Shown: positions 57,939 through 64,000 of the stretch, piece by piece
Layout of the letters: each line of letters begins with the position of its first letter
Numbering within the stretch: position 1 is the stretch's first letter
From: Candidatus Obscuribacteraceae bacterium
Lineage (GTDB): Bacteria > Cyanobacteriota > Vampirovibrionia > Obscuribacterales > Obscuribacteraceae
Direction: 5' to 3'
DNA: 64,000 nucleotides
Assembly (NCBI GenBank): GCA_044226015.1
Contig: JBGAHS010000002.1
Coordinates: 625,571-689,570 of the forward strand
Position numbers and translations under genes: made by a program
Notes under the pieces: model-generated
The model's database searches: none
Seen by the model: the letters and a program-made list of their open reading frames with translations, nothing else
Told to the model about the DNA's origin: nothing

Positions 57939-59039
57939 TCAACGGACTCCGGAGTGTCCTTGCATAGAAATGAAAACAAAACTCAAGATAGCGAGAACCA
58001 AAATAGCGACAACGCCAACTGCAACTTTAACTTTCGGAGAAAGCCCATGTTTCGATTCATCCATCATATTGCGCATTTTTGCATGCTCAGGCGCGGGGGC
58101 AGTTTCACCCTTGTTCTGGTTAGCCGTGGGGTCTAGCAGTGCTGCAATTTCCGCCGAAGCTCTCAATTCATGAGTTTTCAACTTCGCAAGCGCCTCTGAC
58201 AGCTCATCTGCCGTTTGATAGCGCTTCTTCGGGTCTTTCGATAAACACTTCAGAACCAACTGCTGCAAAGCAGGCACCACAGCTGTTTTCTCATCGAACA
58301 CCGGCGCATTGTGCACGTGCTTCTGCATTACTTCAATCGGATTTTTGCCCAGGAAAACAGGGCTTCCAGTCAGAACCTCATGCATCACAACCCCTAGCGA
58401 ATAAATATCAGTTCTGCAATCGAGATCTTTAGCCATGCACTGCTCTGGACTCATGTAGAAAGGACTACCAACGACTTCACCTGTAACCGTGATGCGCGAC
58501 TCTTCATGATTGTCACCAGGCATGAGCTTCGCCATGCCGAAATCCAAGACTTTCGCGACATCGCTTCCATCTGGCAGTGTCTTGATCAGAATATTGGCGG
58601 GCTTCAAATCGCGGTGCAGAACACCATTCTTGTGCGCATGTGAAAGCCCAGCGCAGACCTGCTGAAAAATATCAAAAAAGCGAACCCGACTTATGCCATG
58701 CGCTGTTTTCAGCTCGTCGGCAAGCGAACGCCCCTGAAAATACTCCATAGCAATGTAAGGAACCCCATCGGGAGTTAAGCCATAGTCGTGAATGCCAATA
58801 ATATTAGGATGTTCGAGCAAACTTGAGGCCTGTGCTTCGAGCTTGAAGCGCTTCAAATTAGTCTCTGAAATCTTCTGCGGATGCACAAACTTCAAGGCGA
58901 AGGTCTTGTTCATCACCGCATGCTTTGCGAGATAAACTCTTCCAATCGCACCAAAACCAAGCAGGGAGATGATTTCGTAGCGATTGTCTACAACCGTGCC
59001 GGGTTGGAACTCTAATACTAGGTCGTCCTTTTTTGGCAA
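57939..59039 (-). CDS. Hanks-type Ser/Thr kinase with C-terminal membrane anchor
   Basis: LGFGAIGRVY, ALK, HRDLKPAN, DFG, YMSPEQ; terminal TM helix. Confidence 0.93.
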   Translation of the reverse strand: MPKKDDLVLEFQPGTVVDNRYEIISLLGFGAIGRVYLAKHAVMNKTFALKFVHPQKISETNLKRFKLEAQASSLLEHPNIIGIHDYGLTPDGVPYIAMEYFQGRSLADELKTAHGISRVRFFDIFQQVCAGLSHAHKNGVLHRDLKPANILIKTLPDGSDVAKVLDFGMAKLMPGDNHEESRITVTGEVVGSPFYMSPEQCMAKDLDCRTDIYSLGVVMHEVLTGSPVFLGKNPIEVMQKHVHNAPVFDEKTAVVPALQQLVLKCLSKDPKKRYQTADELSEALAKLKTHELRASAEIAALLDPTANQNKGETAPAPEHAKMRNMMDESKHGLSPKVKVAVGVVAILVLAILSFVFISMQGHSGVR

Positions 59040-59088
59040 GAGCCCCCCAAGCTCAGACTGCGATCATAGTTTACCCCGATATACCACG

Positions 59089-60150
59089 CTACGAACAGCA
59101 GTAGGCTAATGTTCGAGCAAAATCCTTAAACCCCTGGTGATTATTGTATTTCGAGTCTTCCCGCATCATTTCCTGGCAGACCCAATCTAACATCAACACG
59201 ATCATAAACTCGCTAAACTGGCTCAAAACTTCCATCGATTTCAGTGTGCTGCTGGTGCTTCCATAGCCCTCAAGGAACGAAGTCATGCGCCGTTGGTTGA
59301 AGAGCTCGCGGCGCTCTTGCCCCTCACGAACAGGCTGAAGACAAAACACGAAAAGCGCGTAAGCCAGGTCGTAGACTGCACCTCCGACGGAAGCATAGTC
59401 CCAATCGATGACACAGGTGATACTTGTGTCAGTTGCCAGAACGTTCTCGCAGTGGAAATCGCCGTGATTAATGGTTGTTCGAGATTTCTTGTCAGCCTCA
59501 ATCAAATCGGCGGCAAGAAACTCTGACTGCTCAACTGTGCGACTAAAGTCTATCGCCTTCAGAAGCTCTATTTCCGCCGCTAACGGCGAATCACTCGCGA
59601 ATTTGTAGCCAGAAAACTCACGGGCTGTATGGTCGAGTCGCCCAGGCATAGTACCGATAATTTGGGCGGTTCGAACAAATGCCCTCAGACCAGAATTACG
59701 TCGCACCAATTGCGACCCAGCATAATGAAGCCTGCCCAGCGTGGAACCAGCCGAGTAACAGAGGCGCGACGGACAATCAAAGTTCAGCCAATCGTAGCGG
59801 TCGCGACTCTCAACAAAATTCTGGCACGACCAGATGTGGCGCAAAAGCAGCATACAAGAGCCTTCACTGGAAACGTGAAACTCCGGCACATTTGCAAAAC
59901 CATTTCTAGCTAGATTGTCGCAAAGCCATCGCTGCAAGTCAGCATTGGCGCACGGTTCTGAGAGGCTGTTCTCGGCCGTGCGCTTCAAAAACAAACGCAC
60001 AGACTCACCTGCGCGCGTAGCTCGCACACAAAATGTAGAGAGAGATTCGTCAACTGGAGTCACCGCAGAAGCTTCAAAGCCAAACAACCCAGCCGCTTCC
60101 TTTGCTTCCTCAATTATTTCCGTCTTAAATGTTCGCTCTGAATTTGTCAT
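59089..60150 (-). CDS. APH/homoserine kinase type II-like phosphotransferase
   Basis: LGRLH, INHGDFHCENV, VIDWD, YDLA; start uncertain (60150 or 60225). Confidence 0.82.
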   Translation of the reverse strand: MTNSERTFKTEIIEEAKEAAGLFGFEASAVTPVDESLSTFCVRATRAGESVRLFLKRTAENSLSEPCANADLQRWLCDNLARNGFANVPEFHVSSEGSCMLLLRHIWSCQNFVESRDRYDWLNFDCPSRLCYSAGSTLGRLHYAGSQLVRRNSGLRAFVRTAQIIGTMPGRLDHTAREFSGYKFASDSPLAAEIELLKAIDFSRTVEQSEFLAADLIEADKKSRTTINHGDFHCENVLATDTSITCVIDWDYASVGGAVYDLAYALFVFCLQPVREGQERRELFNQRRMTSFLEGYGSTSSTLKSMEVLSQFSEFMIVLMLDWVCQEMMREDSKYNNHQGFKDFARTLAYCCS

Positions 60151-60336
60151 CTTCTCGCCTGCTCGACAGGCAGATTGTAGCGCCTCTGCACCATATGGCG
60201 TGGCAGTTTTGGCATTTCGCAACATGCGAAAACGATAAGTCGACCGGAATAACGCTTTGCCGTAGAATAGGACTTGATAAGTCGCCGCCGGCTTCGACCA
60301 TAAGAAGCTTGCGACTTTTGTCTCTCTGAGGAAACA

Positions 60337-61449
60337 ATGGTCAAAATCGGTAACTTCGAGCTGAAAAGCCGTGTATACGTGCCACCTATGGCTGGTGTCA
60401 CCGACATCGTCTTTCGCAACATCGTTCGACAGGTCGACCCGAACTGCCTATTGTCGACAGAGATGGTTTCAAGCAAAGGCTTGATGTACCGAAAAGACAC
60501 GCACATTATGGACCTTGACCCAGATGAACATCCGATTGGAATTCAAATTTTCGGTCACGAACCAGAAATCATGGCGCAGGCAGCACAGATGGCAGAGGCT
60601 CGCGGAGCTGATTTCATCGACATTAACATGGGCTGCCCCGTTCCAAAAATAGTTAAAGGCAAGGACGGGTGCGCCCTCATGCGCGAGCCAGAGCTTGCGC
60701 GAGAAATCATCAGAACTGTCAAAGCATCGGTGAAAGTGCCTGTCACCGTGAAATTTCGCCTGGGCTGGGACGACACTTCAAGAAATGCAGTGGAGTTTGG
60801 CGAAATGGCGGAGGACTCAGGCGCCTCACTGGTAACGGTTCATGGCAGAACTCGTGCACAGCTCTATGCAGGAAAAGCCGATTGGTCGTTCATAGCAAAA
60901 GTGAAGAAAGCGCTCTCCATTCCTGTGTTTGGAAATGGTGATGTTTTTGAAGCGGACGACGCACTTAAGCTGCTGGAAATAACAGACTGCGACGGAGTTG
61001 CCGTTGCCCGGGGCTCGCTGGGCAATCCCTGGCTTATTCCTCGCATCACAAAATATCTTGATAGGGGAGTTCTTGATGCGCCTCCCGACGATGTAGAACG
61101 CCTGGTAATTGCGTTCAACCATTGCGTTGGACTAGTGAAGTACAAAGGGCTGAGAGTTGGAACGAGCGAAAGCCGGCGCCACATGACTCATTACACAAAG
61201 GGAATCACTGGCGGAGCGCCCTTCCGCAATCGCCTCACACAAATAAACAGCGTGGAAGACTGCTTGAATGTGCTAGCAGATCTCGCAGAGCATGTTGGCG
61301 GACCATCAGCCAGAGAGCGCTTCTTACTTACAGTAGAGGGCACATATCTCGAATATTGCAAACATCCAGGCGAACGGGCAGGCGATCGTAAAAACTGTGT
61401 CCAGACCCCAGTTGATGTCGATGCCATCACGCCAGTCGCAGTACCATAG
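60337..61449 (+). CDS. dusB: tRNA dihydrouridine synthase DusB
   Basis: PMAGVTD, DINMGCPV, VTVKFRLGW, HGRT, GNGDV; GAGGA RBS. Confidence 0.95.
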   Translation: MVKIGNFELKSRVYVPPMAGVTDIVFRNIVRQVDPNCLLSTEMVSSKGLMYRKDTHIMDLDPDEHPIGIQIFGHEPEIMAQAAQMAEARGADFIDINMGCPVPKIVKGKDGCALMREPELAREIIRTVKASVKVPVTVKFRLGWDDTSRNAVEFGEMAEDSGASLVTVHGRTRAQLYAGKADWSFIAKVKKALSIPVFGNGDVFEADDALKLLEITDCDGVAVARGSLGNPWLIPRITKYLDRGVLDAPPDDVERLVIAFNHCVGLVKYKGLRVGTSESRRHMTHYTKGITGGAPFRNRLTQINSVEDCLNVLADLAEHVGGPSARERFLLTVEGTYLEYCKHPGERAGDRKNCVQTPVDVDAITPVAVP

Positions 61450-61774
61450 AATTGCGTTTACGAATGGAGTCATGGTCCAACCCATGATGCCTGCCATCGC
61501 TGCGAATATGAGTAGAATTGCCCAAAAATCCATCTGCCAGTACCGCGTGAATGCCTCAGTGACGCAATAATAGGCGTGAACGCTGTGGAGTGCAATGATC
61601 CAAACCCCATAGCTAAGAGGATTTAAGCCATTTTCAGTGGTGGAATTCCCACTCCGTTTCACACAAATATTGCGCAGCTCGAAAACAACGACAAGCAAGT
61701 CACTTTGAAAAATCGAAAGAGACTACTATAATCTGCAAACACTCGACATGATTGTCAACAGCTTGGAGCAAATA

Positions 61775-62179
61775 ATGAAATCGAAAAATGCCCTCCTAAA
61801 AGCAACTGGAATAGCTTCATTCGCAGCGCTATTTATCGCTTTCCCTGCTCTAGCTCAATACCAGAAAGGACAAGTTGTCGATTACAAGGAAGGCGAATAT
61901 TCCCCATGGCAAACCGGAACCGTTGAAGAAATGACGCCAAGTGGCAAGCAGGTGATAGTCAGGTCAAAACCCAGAGAATTCTACCCAAATGGTGACACGC
62001 GGGCTATCGATCTCGACAAAATTCGCCCATCAACTGGCGGCGCGCCAAATGCCGCAGCGCAGCACCAGCAGGCGTCCGCGAATACGCAGGACGGCACTAA
62101 TTTTCGACCATTCAGTAGGTGCTCGAAAAATCGAGCTTATTTCCTGCCTTTTGCGATTAAAGAGCGACAATTCAATTAA
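61775..62179 (+). CDS. Exported protein with SH3/Tudor-like module, possibly truncated
   Basis: GGAG RBS; signal peptide; YQKGQVVDY..W..GTVEE..VIVR pattern followed by a linker. Confidence 0.6.
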   Translation: MKSKNALLKATGIASFAALFIAFPALAQYQKGQVVDYKEGEYSPWQTGTVEEMTPSGKQVIVRSKPREFYPNGDTRAIDLDKIRPSTGGAPNAAAQHQQASANTQDGTNFRPFSRCSKNRAYFLPFAIKERQFN

Positions 62180-62193
62180 CAGAAAACGCGCAA

Positions 62194-63012
62194 CTATTGA
62201 AAATTGTGCAAGATGACGTATTGCTTGCGGGCTTCAAACCCGTCAGATGTCCATTTATGAGCATACGCGGCGAGGGCTTTTGCACCTTCCGGAAATTCGT
62301 TACCGTTTACTCTGCAGTCTGCATCTACGTCTCCATCAGCATTCGTAGCGAACATTCTGATACCGACGAAACCTTCAGACTCAATCAAAGGCTTGAAGAC
62401 ATCCATTGACTCGGTGAGGAAACAACAAGGGCAAAAGCTGTCTGCGTGCCCATCCTCATCATCCTCATCGGCACTATGAGGCTGCTGCAAAGCTTCAAGT
62501 TGATCTTCGGCATAATCGCTTATTTGCATTAGCGGTCCCAAAACGGCTCGCCTTCCTGGCTTATCGGAATCTGGTTCTCTAAAAACCAGGTACTGACACT
62601 CATTTGGTTCTGAACTCTGCACCTCAAGCAAGGTAGCGAAATCTGTTTCAATCCAGCTAACAAAGCCATTCTCGAACGCTTCGAGCGGGCTGCTGCCAAA
62701 ATCATGCTGGTACTCAAAAACACCTTCTGGAATGTAAATTGGATGGTTGACCTGAACTGTGCTGACTATCTGCACGCCTTCATCGGAGACTTGCGCATCA
62801 ACAAATTGCGGACTGATTAAGTAACCGCTGTTCGTATGCACAAGAAAACTGTCATGACTTACTACATCATGCCCGTATTCGTTGAGGAGACGCCTCATCA
62901 GGTCCACCAGGTCCAGGTTTTCGACCTGCTGATTGCCCTTCTCGTCCTCAAAGCCAATTTCCAGGTCAAAACCGGAACCGGGATTGCTCTCGATCAGAGT
63001 AGGTTGTTGCAT
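62194..63012 (-). CDS. DUF6348-like protein
   Basis: GVFEYQH, RRAVLGP, FCPCCFLT, ADCRVNG, RKQY motifs. Confidence 0.65.
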   Translation of the reverse strand: MQQPTLIESNPGSGFDLEIGFEDEKGNQQVENLDLVDLMRRLLNEYGHDVVSHDSFLVHTNSGYLISPQFVDAQVSDEGVQIVSTVQVNHPIYIPEGVFEYQHDFGSSPLEAFENGFVSWIETDFATLLEVQSSEPNECQYLVFREPDSDKPGRRAVLGPLMQISDYAEDQLEALQQPHSADEDDEDGHADSFCPCCFLTESMDVFKPLIESEGFVGIRMFATNADGDVDADCRVNGNEFPEGAKALAAYAHKWTSDGFEARKQYVILHNFQ

Positions 63013-63030
63013 TTTAATGACCGTTCTAGT

Positions 63031-63252
63031 TTAGTAGACGCGGAAATCGCCAGGTCCAGATGTCGAAATCAGGATGGTTCCATCGCCTTCTGCTGCAACC
63101 ATTTGAAGCGCCTGAATTACAGGGTTGGTTGCTCTGGGCTGATCGCGTGTTTCAGACTTAATTTGCTTAGCGCGCTGCGCCACTTTCAAAACCAATTCAT
63201 AACGGTTGGTATGGCTGTCCAGTAATTGATCGAGAATGCGAGTAGTACTCAT
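63031..63252 (-). CDS. rpoZ: RNA polymerase omega subunit (short cyanobacterial-type)
   Basis: NRYELVLKVAQRAKQ...NPVIQAL; ATGA overlap with gmk (conserved gmk-rpoZ order). Confidence 0.88.
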   Translation of the reverse strand: MSTTRILDQLLDSHTNRYELVLKVAQRAKQIKSETRDQPRATNPVIQALQMVAAEGDGTILISTSGPGDFRVY

Positions 63253-63914
63253 TGGCTACAATTTCCGCCGTGCTGTTTTCGTATACGACAACGTTCAGCA
63301 TACACGATATGCACCAAATTGGTAACTGCAACGTCTATATCGTCGTTAATAACTTCATAGTGGAAGAGGTTCTTCTCACGCAATTCGTCTTCAGCCTTGG
63401 CAAGACGGCGCTTAATCTTTTCCTCGCATTCGGTGGCCCGGCTCTCAAGGCGCTGGCGCAGCACTTCGAAGGAAGGTGGAGATATGAAAATCAGGAGAGA
63501 TTCAGCGCGCTTCCGCCGAATTTGATGAGCGCCCTGCACCTCAATTTCCAAGAGAACATCATTACCACGATTTAACTGTTCATCAACCCAGAAAAGCGGC
63601 GTTCCATAGCAGTTCCCCGCAAACTCCGCCCACTCAAGCAAATCAGGCTTCATTGCCTCAAAATCGTCACGGCTTCGATAGAAGTAGTCGACGCCTTCCT
63701 CTTCTCCCGGACGTTTGTCGCGCGTCGTCACCGACACTGATTTCACGAGACTGGGAACCTGCCCGAGCAATCGTTTGGTCAATGTACCCTTGCCAACCCC
63801 GGATGGACCAGTGAGCACGATCAGGTTGCCCTTTCGCAAAGGCACCGTTTTGTCAGAAAACGCTTCGAACCCTGACTCGCTCGCGGATGGCATTTTGTTT
63901 ATCTGTTTCACCAT
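63249..63914 (-). CDS. gmk: Guanylate kinase
   Basis: GPSGVGKGT, SVTTRDKRPGE..GVDY, LEWAEF..NCYGT, LEIEVQGA, FISPPS. Confidence 0.97.
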   Translation of the reverse strand: MVKQINKMPSASESGFEAFSDKTVPLRKGNLIVLTGPSGVGKGTLTKRLLGQVPSLVKSVSVTTRDKRPGEEEGVDYFYRSRDDFEAMKPDLLEWAEFAGNCYGTPLFWVDEQLNRGNDVLLEIEVQGAHQIRRKRAESLLIFISPPSFEVLRQRLESRATECEEKIKRRLAKAEDELREKNLFHYEVINDDIDVAVTNLVHIVYAERCRIRKQHGGNCSQ

Positions 63915-63928
63915 GGACCTAAACCAGA

Positions 63929-64000
63929 TTACGTGAGCTGATGATTCAAAAGTAACTGATGCAAAGTTCTACGTAAAGGGTTGTCCATGAAATAAAGTGG
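63929..64000 (-). CDS. Possible 3' end of an upstream gene (partial)
   Basis: Minus frame is open from the window edge (PLYFMDNPLRRTLHQLLLNHQLT*) and ends 14 nt before gmk. Confidence 0.3.
   Translation of the reverse strand, partial: PLYFMDNPLRRTLHQLLLNHQLT

Overview
A 64 kb chromosomal window with about 50 protein-coding genes. I found no rRNA, tRNA, CRISPR array, transposase or integrase. The short cyanobacterial-type RpoZ behind gmk, Ser/Thr kinase-TPR proteins and a DUF4388/degenerate-GGDEF protein suggest a non-photosynthetic cyanobacterial relative (Melainabacteria/Obscuribacterales-like); this is inference. Recognisable genes include pepN, a macrodomain protein, a BKACE enzyme, an atypical P1B-type ATPase cluster, prolyl oligopeptidase, RtcB, an NCS2 permease, a surface-glycosylation cluster (GT2, GT4, two GT-C, epimerase), GH51, BaiN, an acyl-CoA ligase, a diguanylate cyclase, J-domain-TPR/clpB, larC, dusB, rpoZ and gmk. 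The most notable signal is at 40608-42284: two ORF-track entries form one reading frame broken by a single in-frame TGA in the context GG-*-GGGVC. A SECIS-like hairpin follows it, making this a candidate novel selenoprotein with a Cys-less thioredoxin-like domain. Other signals are an unannotated 52-aa peptide with the same CxxGVC motif followed by a structured RNA-like element, a 66-bp palindromic tandem array with a diverged dispersed copy 6 kb away, a HEPN-like/CBS protein, a PrfH-type RtcB with no adjacent prfH, and large His-rich and Met/Gly-rich repeat expansions. All family calls are by motif recognition only; no searches were run.
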